Source of the DNA: Bdellovibrionales bacterium RIFOXYD12_FULL_39_22
GTDB taxonomy: Bacteria; Bdellovibrionota; Bacteriovoracia; Bacteriovoracales; Bacteriovoracaceae
NCBI GenBank assembly: GCA_001770205.1
Contig: MEQL01000061.1
Coordinates: forward strand, 186,001-219,229
Direction: 5' to 3'
DNA: 33,229 nt
The notes under the pieces were generated by a model. It was not told the origin of the DNA. It searched no databases and saw only the letters and a program-made list of their open reading frames with translations. Numbering within the stretch: position 1 is the first letter of the stretch; each line of letters opens with the position of its first letter. Below, in pieces: positions 8,216 to 17,550 of the stretch. Made by a program: the position numbers and the translations under genes.

Positions 8216-9976
8216 TTAGTGGGGATCAATTTTAATATATTTCATATAGTTGGCGATCATATCAGAATGTCGAAAATTTTTTAGATGCCCATGCAGCAGA
8301 ATGTAGTCCCGTCCATAAAATAACATAATTCGTGGAAGATCTTCTTGTACAATATTTTCCATTTGTCGCATCAACTTATATTTTTCTTCGCCATCATTCA
8401 TTATTTTAAGTTTTTCAAAAAGAGAATCAAATTTGGGGTTGCTGTAATAGGAAGAGTTTGGGCCGGGAGGAATTTTTTCAGACACCAACAATTGCAAACA
8501 ATTTTCTGCATCTGGATAATCCATCTGCCAACCGCCTTGCCAAAGCTGCATGCTTCCTTCCTTGGCCTTTTGCAAAAACTTTGGAAAAGTGTTGGGAACA
8601 ACTTCCACATTGATCCCAAGATGTTTTAAGTTTTTTGCAATAAAATTTCCCTGTTCCCGTGCTGTTAAATTATCGGCCCTTAAATCAAAGTGTAGGGTGG
8701 GAAGCCCCTTTCCATTGGGAAAGCCGGCAGCTGACAGAAATTCTTTGGCCTTTTTTAAATCATACTCAAATGGTAAAACCCGCGCAGGGTCATAGCCTGG
8801 CACTCCGGGGGGGTATATTGAATTTGCCTTGAGGCCAACATAATTGGTGTATATTTTGATAAAATCTTCAATGTCGATAGCGTGTGCAATTGCTTTGCGC
8901 AATAACTTGTTTTTTCCTAAAATCGGATCTTTCATGTTGAACTCAATCCACCAATAGGTAAGAGATGGTGATATTTGTAGTTGAACATTTCGGTTTTTAA
9001 GTTCGTCGGTTAAATCCCTGTTGGGGGTTATGGCATTAGAGAAATTGTCGCCAGGCAATACCGCAAAATCAATTTTTCCTTTTAGGAAACTTAACCAGCG
9101 TGTTTTACCCTCTTTCATTATGGAAAAATCTATTCCCTCAACAAAAGGAATTTTTTTACCAGCATCATCAAGCAGTCCGGAAGTATTTGCAACACGATCT
9201 CCCTGTGAAGGATAGTAGTCATCGCGATATTTTTCAAAACGCTCAAGTCTTAGGCCGGTTGAAGGAGTCCAATTTGCCAATTGAAAGGGGCCAGTCCCAA
9301 CAACATGTTCTCTAAGGTCATTTTTATAATAATAAAAAGATTCTATGGGGATTGGTGCGGAAAAACTCATTGCCAGGGCAGAAAGCATTTGAGGATAGGG
9401 CGCAACCAAATCAATTATGAGTGTATAATCGTCGGGAGCAGAAAGTCCTTCGATGGGTGTTGATTCAAATTTAGAAAAATCGTCACCAACAATTTCTGTA
9501 AATTTTGCAACACCCTTGATGCTATTTTCAAACATCCAGTTTCCCTGACTTTTAGTTGGGTGGAATGCCAAGCGCTTAAATTGAGTGATAAAGTCAGATG
9601 CTTTTACAACTCTTTGTGTTCCGGCAATAGATGGATCGTTATGATAAACAACATTTTTCTTAATTTTGATTATGTATCTTGTTCCATTATTTTCAATAAC
9701 TGGCATATCTTGGGCGAGAAGAGGTACAATGCTGTATGGCCTTTTAAGATAGTGATATTGATACAGAGTTTCATAGCACTGATAAATGACTGCCGCAGAA
9801 ATTGTATCATAAGAAGTTGCTGGATCGAGAGTAGAAACTTCTCCGGCCATGGATAGATGAAGACGATTTTGCTCTCGTTCATGGGCCACAGGGCGGCGAC
9901 AAGAAAAAATAGTCAAAAGGATTATACTAAAAATAAAAAAAAGAGTTCGGGTAAAATAAAAGTTTATGATGTGCAT
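8216..9976 (-). CDS. ABC transporter substrate-binding lipoprotein, family 5 (OppA/DppA-like)
   Basis: Lipobox-like IFSC; TLDPA, ETLYQY, VGTGPF, RKAIAHAID and WQMDYPDAEN motifs. Confidence 0.93.
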   Translation of the reverse strand: MHIINFYFTRTLFFIFSIILLTIFSCRRPVAHEREQNRLHLSMAGEVSTLDPATSYDTISAAVIYQCYETLYQYHYLKRPYSIVPLLAQDMPVIENNGTRYIIKIKKNVVYHNDPSIAGTQRVVKASDFITQFKRLAFHPTKSQGNWMFENSIKGVAKFTEIVGDDFSKFESTPIEGLSAPDDYTLIIDLVAPYPQMLSALAMSFSAPIPIESFYYYKNDLREHVVGTGPFQLANWTPSTGLRLERFEKYRDDYYPSQGDRVANTSGLLDDAGKKIPFVEGIDFSIMKEGKTRWLSFLKGKIDFAVLPGDNFSNAITPNRDLTDELKNRNVQLQISPSLTYWWIEFNMKDPILGKNKLLRKAIAHAIDIEDFIKIYTNYVGLKANSIYPPGVPGYDPARVLPFEYDLKKAKEFLSAAGFPNGKGLPTLHFDLRADNLTAREQGNFIAKNLKHLGINVEVVPNTFPKFLQKAKEGSMQLWQGGWQMDYPDAENCLQLLVSEKIPPGPNSSYYSNPKFDSLFEKLKIMNDGEEKYKLMRQMENIVQEDLPRIMLFYGRDYILLHGHLKNFRHSDMIANYMKYIKIDPH

Positions 9977-10020
9977 TACCTAATACGCTAACACAGTTTA
10001 TTAAAATAGAAAAATAAGTT

Positions 10021-10569
10021 TTACACATCAGCCGAGTGAGAATCATCAAAATTATAATCGCCATTATCTGACCAAATTTCATCTGAACAAAAAGGAATTT
10101 CTTGCAAAAAGGAACGAAATGAAGAAAAAGAGTGCCCTTTTGTCACTAGTGCGACAATGATTTTATTTCGCATTGCCGACGGGATTGTTGCAGAATCAAT
10201 TCCGTTGGTGCGTATGGATTTGCTTATAATTGAAAGAATTTGATCTTTGCTCGATATGTTGCAGTCAGAAAAAACAGTATTAATCTTTTCTATAGTAACG
10301 GTTATCCCTTCAGCGGCCAAAGTTTTCTTTATGAGCGTAACAGATAAATTTCGCTTAACCAACAAGCGAATTTTTGCCATGGTATAGTTATCTTCTTGAT
10401 AGATTCCGGCATCATTCATGTGCGCAATGATTTTATCCACCAGGGATCTCTCAAGGCCTTTATTCAAAAGCTTTTGAGAGAGTTTTACCTTAGAGTAATC
10501 CCTGCGTGATAATAAACTCATTGCGTAGGCAAGTCCCTTTTTGAATTGCCTTTCATCTTCATCAATCAT
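10021..10569 (-). CDS. recX: RecX regulatory protein
   Basis: [20 protein letters not shown] motif; overlaps the recA stop by 4 nt. Confidence 0.88.
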   Translation of the reverse strand: MIDEDERQFKKGLAYAMSLLSRRDYSKVKLSQKLLNKGLERSLVDKIIAHMNDAGIYQEDNYTMAKIRLLVKRNLSVTLIKKTLAAEGITVTIEKINTVFSDCNISSKDQILSIISKSIRTNGIDSATIPSAMRNKIIVALVTKGHSFSSFRSFLQEIPFCSDEIWSDNGDYNFDDSHSADV

Positions 10570-11702
10570 TGTACTACTTTTTTATTTTTTTTGTTGGAAT
10601 CAGTTCGTTTATCTAATTCATCTTCTATAGAGTCATCAATTTCCCCTGTCTCAAAATTAATATTGCTGCTAGGGGTGGTTCCTTTGTTTAGATTGTGTCT
10701 TTCTAAAACTTTTGCGCGAATTTCTTCGGCCATTTCTGGATTTTCGGATAGAAATTTTTTGGTATTTTCTCTTCCCTGGCCCATTTTGGCGTTGTTATAA
10801 GAAAACCATGCGCCGGCCTTCTCAATAATCTTCTCCTCTACCGCAATATCAATTAAATCTCCAAACTTTGAAATTCCTTCGTTAAACATGATGTCAAACT
10901 CAACACTTCGAAAGGGAGGAGCAACTTTGTTTTTAACAATTTTAATTTTAGTGCGATTGCCAATTACCTCCTCGCCATTTTTTATAGGCCCAACACGGCG
11001 AATATCTATTCTGATTGAAGAGTAAAATTTTAAAGCATTTCCACCAGTGGTGGTTTCTGGATTTCCAAACATCACTCCGATTTTCATGCGAAGCTGGTTA
11101 ATAAAAACAACAGTGGTGTTTGAACGAGAAATAGAACTGGTTAGTTTGCGAAGTGCCTGAGACATTAGCCTGGCCTGCAGGCCCATGTGTGAGTCTCCCA
11201 TATCACCTTCTAGTTCTGCACGCGGGGTAAGAGCAGCAACAGAGTCCACAATGAGTAGGTCTACGGCACCTGAACGAACAAGCATGTCAGTTATTTCTAA
11301 GGCCTGTTCGCCACTATCGGGCTGAGAGATAAGTAAATTAGGAACATTAACACCAAGCATGGTTGCGTATGCAGTATCCAGAGCGTGTTCTGCATCAATA
11401 AAGGCAACAGTACCTCCGGCCTTTTGGCATTCTGCCGCAATGTGTAGGGTTAAGGTTGTTTTTCCTGAGGATTCTGGCCCAAAAATTTCTATAATTCTTC
11501 CTTGCGGAATCCCGCCAACGCCTAACGCCAAATCTAGTCCCAGACAACCTGTCGGAATAACCGGTGGCTTCACTGCCAGCGTTTCATCTCCCAACTTCAT
11601 AATGGCCCCTTTCCCGTATTGCTTTTCAATAGCGGCCAGTGCCAAGTCTAGTGCCTTTGATTTATTTTCGTTTTGTGCTTTAGTGGTGTTCATAGAAATC
11701 AT
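10566..11702 (-). CDS. recA: Recombinase RecA
   Basis: [36 protein letters not shown] and [18 protein letters not shown]. Confidence 0.99.
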   Translation of the reverse strand: MISMNTTKAQNENKSKALDLALAAIEKQYGKGAIMKLGDETLAVKPPVIPTGCLGLDLALGVGGIPQGRIIEIFGPESSGKTTLTLHIAAECQKAGGTVAFIDAEHALDTAYATMLGVNVPNLLISQPDSGEQALEITDMLVRSGAVDLLIVDSVAALTPRAELEGDMGDSHMGLQARLMSQALRKLTSSISRSNTTVVFINQLRMKIGVMFGNPETTTGGNALKFYSSIRIDIRRVGPIKNGEEVIGNRTKIKIVKNKVAPPFRSVEFDIMFNEGISKFGDLIDIAVEEKIIEKAGAWFSYNNAKMGQGRENTKKFLSENPEMAEEIRAKVLERHNLNKGTTPSSNINFETGEIDDSIEDELDKRTDSNKKNKKVVQ

Positions 11703-11886
11703 CTTTGCTCCTTTGTTTTACTCAACTATTTTTGTCCTATGTTTTCATTTTGAGATTGTTAAGTAAAGTAATCCAAAATGAACCGCACGAATAACTTTCT
11801 AAGCGAATGGAATTTTGTTATGATTACATTCGTCTCAGAAAAAAATTTCGCGGTTATAAAAATTCTATGCGTATGTTTTGCGTAAG

Positions 11887-12342
11887 TCAAGCAAAGATCT
11901 GATAGATTTTGAAAAATATAAAATTGGTAACACCTGCCATTATGCCTGCAACAAAATCATCCATGACAATACCAAAACCATTTTTAACTTTTTTATCAAA
12001 AAAAGAAGCAGGCCATAACTTTAATATATCAAAGAAGCGAAAGAAAATAGTGAGAAGGATTAGTTGAAAAAAAGAGTCATCTATTCTAAAAAACCAAGCA
12101 GTGAAAATACCAAGAGTTTCGTCAATGACAATCCATTGCGGATCAATTTGATTAAATTCTTGTTGGGCAACGTTTCCAGCTAGAATTGCGATAAAGAATA
12201 TTGTCAAAAAGATTGTTATAGTTAAACTGGTGTTTAGTCCTGCACACGCAAACGTGTATAGAAATGGCAAAGAGGCAATGGTTCCCATAGTTCCCGGTGC
12301 TTTTGGAATAAATCCGGCGCCGAAGAAACTAAGAAAGATCAC
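11887..12342 (-). CDS. pgpA: Phosphatidylglycerophosphatase A
   Basis: PKAPGTMGT, DPQWIVIDE, FRFFDILK and GIVMDDFVAG. The start may lie slightly further upstream. Confidence 0.95.
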   Translation of the reverse strand: MIFLSFFGAGFIPKAPGTMGTIASLPFLYTFACAGLNTSLTITIFLTIFFIAILAGNVAQQEFNQIDPQWIVIDETLGIFTAWFFRIDDSFFQLILLTIFFRFFDILKLWPASFFDKKVKNGFGIVMDDFVAGIMAGVTNFIFFKIYQIFA

Positions 12343-12418
12343 GCTTGGTCTTTTTAAAGATGGCCTAATCTTGCACTCCGTGGTGTGGTGATATTGATCT
12401 TTAGATTATTAAAAATAT

Positions 12419-13666
12419 ATGGATAAAGAAAGTTATTTATACAAGTACGTTTTTGATTGGCAAACACTAGACATTGTTTTGGGTGGAAAATCTTCACTGG
12501 ATTCAAAATATTTTGTGGGGATTGTGGAAAATAAGGCACAGGGAGCAGATTTTTTGCGGGGATATGGCCTTTCGCCAGATGATCGCGTCGCTTCCGCCGA
12601 GCTTTTCGGTAATTTCCAAGAGGCACTACAATTTATAAGAAGATATTTTTTGAAAGAAGGAAATCCCGATGGCCTAGATTTTAAAATCCCCAATTCGCTT
12701 TACATGATTAATGACATTACAGATCTTTTTATGATGGCCTCAAAGCATGCCAAGAATGAGGAGGATCGTCTCTGGGCAGAAATTGTTTTAAAGGTAATGC
12801 ACACGATTTTACATGTTGATAAAGATTTGCGATCAAAATATTTTTCAATTATTCAAACTCAAATTTTCGATAGATACTATCGCTTCATAAATCGCGATGG
12901 CGAAAATAGATTGTATCTTGGAACAAAAGACTCGGCAGATGCCAATTTCAAAATTCCATTGGTAAACTTTGAGACAAAAGATAAAAAGAGTCGTGATAGC
13001 ATTATTATAAAACTCATGCATAAAGTAGACAATGTGGCAGAAGAACTCTTTGATCGAATTGGCCTTCGGATAGTAACGAGAAATAAGTTTGATACTCTTC
13101 GCGTTGTAAAATTTCTTGTAGAGAAAAATATTATTGTTCCACATAATAATAAGCCAAGTCGGGCCATAAATACGCTAATAAATCTAGAAGATTTTAAAAA
13201 GCGCTATAATAATCTTATGAAGGTTGCTATTCGCAATGGCCTTTCGGAAGATCGTTTCGTACAGGCGTTAGAAAGAGAGGCCGAAGAGTCCCCCGTTGAT
13301 AAACAAAGAATTCCTATCAATGAACATACGGCGAAGGCATATAACTCCATTCAGTTTACCTGTCGGCATTTAGTGAAATATGTAAATCCGTTTTTTAAAG
13401 ATTTTAAAACACTTCGCGATATGGCCCAAGGGCCAGAACGTGAAAGTGTTTTAGCAAAAAAAATCCTCTCGATGGATATGTCGTTGATTGCTGGAGATGT
13501 CCGTTTTTTCTACCCTTACGAAGTACAGGTGGTGGATGAACAATCTCATCGAGAAAATACCTTAGGGCGTGCTTCGCATCAAGAGTACAAACGTGGCCAA
13601 GTGCAATCTGCTATGTTGAGAATTTTTTCACCGCTTTTGAAATTTAAAAATAAAGAATTGAACTAA
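12419..13666 (+). CDS. TIGR04552/TIGR04562-like protein with RelA/SpoT synthetase-type nucleotidyltransferase domain
   Basis: KSRDSIIIKLMHK, FDRIGLRIV, YNSIQF, YEVQV and ASHQEYK parallel the RSH synthetase motifs RxKxxxS, DxxxxR, YxSxH, ExQIRT and HxxYK. About 415 aa. Confidence 0.85.
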   Translation: MDKESYLYKYVFDWQTLDIVLGGKSSLDSKYFVGIVENKAQGADFLRGYGLSPDDRVASAELFGNFQEALQFIRRYFLKEGNPDGLDFKIPNSLYMINDITDLFMMASKHAKNEEDRLWAEIVLKVMHTILHVDKDLRSKYFSIIQTQIFDRYYRFINRDGENRLYLGTKDSADANFKIPLVNFETKDKKSRDSIIIKLMHKVDNVAEELFDRIGLRIVTRNKFDTLRVVKFLVEKNIIVPHNNKPSRAINTLINLEDFKKRYNNLMKVAIRNGLSEDRFVQALEREAEESPVDKQRIPINEHTAKAYNSIQFTCRHLVKYVNPFFKDFKTLRDMAQGPERESVLAKKILSMDMSLIAGDVRFFYPYEVQVVDEQSHRENTLGRASHQEYKRGQVQSAMLRIFSPLLKFKNKELN

Positions 13667-14718
13667 AGGGAAGATGCTCGCCAGGTGGAGGGGTAGCTGT
13701 CATACGGAATTATCTCTTCCATGTCTTCAGGAAGTATTCTTTGAACAAACATTTCAAATCCTGGATCACTGGTTGCGAAACTAACATCTCCACTGCCATT
13801 AATTCCTTGTGTAGTGAAAAGAGCGGCAGTGCGGTCTTGAAAAAAATTCTTAAGATATGGATCGGTTGGATCGATAATATTTAGATTGGAAATATTAAGC
13901 TTGAACAGGTAAAATTTATTTCCCACTTTTGTCATAGTGTTATTCAATTTTAACCATGCACCGGCATAGGTAACTTCAATGAATTGTGAAATGGATATAT
14001 AGGTTGACCCATAAATATTCACTTGGCTCAGTCTTTGTGACATTGCCATTAACGGGGTGGGGGAATCCAAGTTGCTATTTGCTCGCAGGAGGGTATTTAC
14101 AAGAGAGCTGTTAATATGTCTCTCTTGTCTATAATCGCCAGGTTGTCGTCTTTTTAAAAAAAGATGTGCCTTAAAGCCTTCTTTTTTTATGTTGTCGATT
14201 AAAGTATCGTCAGATACAGCAATGCCTCGCCACACTATTCGTTTCCCAAGATGTTCACTATAGGCTTCTCTCAGCGCGTGTGTCGAGATGTCTGGATGCG
14301 AATCAGAATAATCCAAGGCAAAAGCAAAAAAATGATCAATTCTAGAAATAATACCAGGGTCCAAAAGTAAACAGCTGTATCTGTGCTTAAGATAATGTCT
14401 GGCGTTGCTGATCTTTTCAGACAATTTATCGCCTAAGCTATACCTTGGATACCAAGTGGCCAAAAGCTTATCTACTAGCTCCTCCTGCCCAGGATGAGAA
14501 AAAAAATCCCAAAATTTTTCATTCCGAAAAAGATCACCCGTTTCTTTGACAGACTCAATCAAATCAAATGCTTTTTTATCTAAAACAATTTTCCCTTCAG
14601 CAAGCACCAACTCTCGAGTGCCATCATCTAAAAAAGGCATGATTTTATCAATACACTCGTTTGCCGTGGAAAAAAACGAAAATAAGAGTAAAGGTATAAA
14701 AAAAATTGTCTTTTTCAT
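13663..14718 (-). CDS. Secreted hypothetical protein with putative ADP-ribosyltransferase-like (R-S-E) C-terminal domain
   Basis: Signal peptide MKKTIFFIPLLLFSFFSTA from ATG 14718; VWRG...IKKEGF, STYISIS, FYLFKL and FEMFVQRILPEDM occur in the order seen in cholera/pertussis-type ARTs. Confidence 0.7.
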   Translation of the reverse strand: MKKTIFFIPLLLFSFFSTANECIDKIMPFLDDGTRELVLAEGKIVLDKKAFDLIESVKETGDLFRNEKFWDFFSHPGQEELVDKLLATWYPRYSLGDKLSEKISNARHYLKHRYSCLLLDPGIISRIDHFFAFALDYSDSHPDISTHALREAYSEHLGKRIVWRGIAVSDDTLIDNIKKEGFKAHLFLKRRQPGDYRQERHINSSLVNTLLRANSNLDSPTPLMAMSQRLSQVNIYGSTYISISQFIEVTYAGAWLKLNNTMTKVGNKFYLFKLNISNLNIIDPTDPYLKNFFQDRTAALFTTQGINGSGDVSFATSDPGFEMFVQRILPEDMEEIIPYDSYPSTWRASSL

Positions 14719-14887
14719 AATATCCGTTTTTCCATTTTTGAGAGAGATGTATTCAAAGAGTATCACAAATAGACGCCAGGGCCATTCCTCAACCCATAAA
14801 TTACACAGGTGTAAAAATTTTAGTCAGTACGAGGTTACTGTTATGTAGAAGTTGTGCGATTTCGTTTTGGATTTTGTTATCCACAAT

Positions 14888-15634
14888 TTAATAAATTCTT
14901 GTGCCGATTCTATGTGGGCGGAAGATGAAATCACTATCAGCGGATGGAAGGGTCAGAGAAAACCAAACCAAAAATGCCCGGCCCTTTATTAGCTTTTCAT
15001 CAACCAACCCCCAAAAGCGAGAATCAAAAGAGAAATCGCGATTATCTCCCATCATGAAATATTTTTTTGCGGGAATCTTTCGTTTGGGATAATTCGTCTG
15101 ATAATAGTTATCAGTGTCTTGTTGAATAATGTGCTCGTGCTCGCCGGTTCGAGTTTTGAAAAATTTTAAATTAGAATCTCGAAGAGATTTATCCATGTCA
15201 TGCATGAAAGCATCACCAGAAATTTCAGTATTTCCAATAGGAACATCGTTTATGTAGACCGTCTTGTCCTTAATTTCCAAAGTGTCTCCAGGAAGCCCGA
15301 TGATGCGCTTGACGTAGTTTAAGTCCTTGTCCTTGGGAAATTTAAAAACAACAACATCTCCGCGACTAGGTGCGCGCTGAAAGGCCAGATAGACAGGATT
15401 ATGATTACCAATATCGGAGAACGGAACTTTAAGGCCATACGCCATTTTGTTAACCAAAATAAAATCACCAACAAGCAATGAGGGGATCATTGAACCGGTG
15501 GGAATTTTAAAAGGTTCCAAAAAAATTGATCTAGCAATTAAAATAAAAAAAATTAAAATATAATAAAAACGATATTCTCGCCAGTGGCCTTTTTTAGTTG
15601 GTAGGGATGTTTTGGAAGAATCGTCTGCTGTCAT
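14888..15634 (-). CDS. lepB: Signal peptidase I
   Basis: N-terminal TM helix, IPTGSMIPSL (catalytic Ser), YVKRIIGLPGD (catalytic Lys) and GDNRDFSFDSR. Confidence 0.97.
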   Translation of the reverse strand: MTADDSSKTSLPTKKGHWREYRFYYILIFFILIARSIFLEPFKIPTGSMIPSLLVGDFILVNKMAYGLKVPFSDIGNHNPVYLAFQRAPSRGDVVVFKFPKDKDLNYVKRIIGLPGDTLEIKDKTVYINDVPIGNTEISGDAFMHDMDKSLRDSNLKFFKTRTGEHEHIIQQDTDNYYQTNYPKRKIPAKKYFMMGDNRDFSFDSRFWGLVDEKLIKGRAFLVWFSLTLPSADSDFIFRPHRIGTRIY

Positions 15635-15636
15635 TG

Positions 15637-16935
15637 TTAGTTAGTCGCCTCGTAAGCAAATTTTTCGTTTTGAATCAAGTCGGGATTAATTGCTTTATAA
15701 TAGTATTCAATAATCGCTTGGGCAAGATAGGCAGAGCGAACATACCACTTGGAAACGTTGATGTTCATAACACAAATTGAAATTCCTCGATTGCGGGAAT
15801 TTTGAGGAATAGCATAACCGGTAAACCAATCACGTTTGCCGTGGGGGGTACCTCCCGTGATACTGCCAGTCTTTCCTCCCAGCGAAAGATGATTTTTGAT
15901 ATTTCGTCGAAGATGGCGAAAAGATCCTTTCGCCGTTCCAGACATAATCGTTTCGCGCATCATTTGTCGCAAAGATTGAGCAGTTCTAATATCAAAAACG
16001 CGCACGGGATCTTTTACTTGCAACTTTACATCTTCGCCCGATTTAATATCGAGGGCCTGCTTAATGATTGTGGGGGAAAATAATATTCCATCATTTGCAA
16101 TGACCGAAGAAAGCATGGCGGCATGGACGGGACTGGCCGTGGTGGTCGTGTTAAATCCGGAAGCTGATTCTGCCATGTTGTACTCGTCGGTGGGGAGTGG
16201 AAAAATAGAACGAGAAACCTCAATTTCTTCCATCGGCTTTTGATTGAAACCAAAAGCATATGCCATTTTATAAAGGGCCTCATCGCTGATTACACGCGAG
16301 GCCTTCGCGAAAACGACGTTGTTAGAGGATGCAAAGGCGTGTTCAAAAGTAATAAGGCGAGACCAACGATCATTACGATCATCCAATTGGTAACGATAAA
16401 GAGTGGTTCCGCGGCCGCGGTATGAAAAAAAAGTATCATTGCTAACCTGATTGTTACTTATTAAAGTTGCCGCGGTAACAATTTTAAAAATACTGGCGGT
16501 GGGATGAGTACTAGAAAAAGGCAGGGTGTTATTAAAACTATTAGTGCTGCGCTCATAACCAAGCGCAGTTATAATATTACCGTTGTTGTTGTCGATGACG
16601 ATAACTGCCGTGTATTCCGGGCGATAAGCCTGAATTATTTTTTTTACAAAGCCGGTAAGTTTTTCATTTAAAGAGTATTCTAAATTTATTGTCTGGCCAG
16701 GAAGTTCGAGAACGGTGGGCCATGTTGCCGATTTTTTGAATGCTCCGTTTAAGGCAGAGCGAAACAGATATGGGTTAACAGAATTTTGATCTTTGTCGAT
16801 CAATCTCTTATCATCACGCAAAAGATGATTAATTAAATTTATTGCCACAAAAAGAAACATTCCCACAGCAATTATGAGCATGCGCATATTCAGGCGTGGC
16901 CGTCGATCTATGGGGATTTCATCACTTTGATACAT
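15637..16935 (-). CDS. Membrane-anchored penicillin-binding transpeptidase-domain protein
   Basis: SIFK (SxxK), SSN (SxN) and KTG motifs; N-terminal TM helix; no transglycosylase domain and only a short N-terminal region. Confidence 0.92.
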   Translation of the reverse strand: MYQSDEIPIDRRPRLNMRMLIIAVGMFLFVAINLINHLLRDDKRLIDKDQNSVNPYLFRSALNGAFKKSATWPTVLELPGQTINLEYSLNEKLTGFVKKIIQAYRPEYTAVIVIDNNNGNIITALGYERSTNSFNNTLPFSSTHPTASIFKIVTAATLISNNQVSNDTFFSYRGRGTTLYRYQLDDRNDRWSRLITFEHAFASSNNVVFAKASRVISDEALYKMAYAFGFNQKPMEEIEVSRSIFPLPTDEYNMAESASGFNTTTTASPVHAAMLSSVIANDGILFSPTIIKQALDIKSGEDVKLQVKDPVRVFDIRTAQSLRQMMRETIMSGTAKGSFRHLRRNIKNHLSLGGKTGSITGGTPHGKRDWFTGYAIPQNSRNRGISICVMNINVSKWYVRSAYLAQAIIEYYYKAINPDLIQNEKFAYEATN

Positions 16936-17518
16936 AATTTAGGCCTATGAGAAAAAATTCCTTGCTGATTGATCGGGTAGATTTGGGCCGAAGTGCGGTA
17001 AGTTTTTCAAAACTTTTTCGCTGGCCTTTAATAAAATTTTGCGCATCGGCGCTTTCAAATATTTTAATAACAAAATTTCCGCCAGGACGAAGCAGGAGGG
17101 GTAATATGGCAAATACCTGTTCAACGATGTTTAAGCTCCTGGCCTGATCTACGGAACGAATCCCTGTAGTATTGGGTGCCATATCAGAAAGAACTACATC
17201 CGCGGGACGGCCAATTTCCAAATCGGCAGGAGATGTTAAATCGAAAATATCTCTCTTAAACAGCCTAACATTCTCCAAAGAAGATAATTTATTGTTTATA
17301 TCTTGAATATCAATGCCTATCGTTAGGCCCTTTTTGCCAATTTTCTTTGCAGTATATTGGATCCAAGATCCAGGATAATACCCCAAATCAAAAACCAAAT
17401 CTCCACTTTTTAAAATACGATATCGTTGATCAATTTCTTCAAGTTTATAGATACTGCGTGCTAGATAATTATTCTCTTTTGCTTTTTTATAGTAGTGATC
17501 TTTTACTTTAAAAACCAT
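16922..17518 (-). CDS. rlmE: 23S rRNA (U2552) 2'-O-methyltransferase RlmE/FtsJ
   Basis: DHYYKKAK, ARSIYKLEEID, DLGYYPGSW, SDMAPNTTG, VIKIF and KSTRSISKE (K-D-K-E tetrad). Start could be 17518, 17536 or 17554. Confidence 0.95.
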   Translation of the reverse strand: MVFKVKDHYYKKAKENNYLARSIYKLEEIDQRYRILKSGDLVFDLGYYPGSWIQYTAKKIGKKGLTIGIDIQDINNKLSSLENVRLFKRDIFDLTSPADLEIGRPADVVLSDMAPNTTGIRSVDQARSLNIVEQVFAILPLLLRPGGNFVIKIFESADAQNFIKGQRKSFEKLTALRPKSTRSISKEFFLIGLNYVSK

Positions 17519-17550
17519 TAGCTTAGTTTCCGACATGTGGTAACACAGCA

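Noticed and set aside
11703..11886. SOS/LexA box upstream of recA
   Set aside because: No CTGT-N8-ACAG, GAAC-N4-GTTC or TTAC-N3-GTAA match was found, only a loose CGAATG...CATTCG repeat.
12419..14718. Alarmone-synthetase-like gene plus ART-like gene as a toxin-antitoxin pair
   Set aside because: The genes are convergent rather than co-transcribed, and one product is exported while the other is cytoplasmic.
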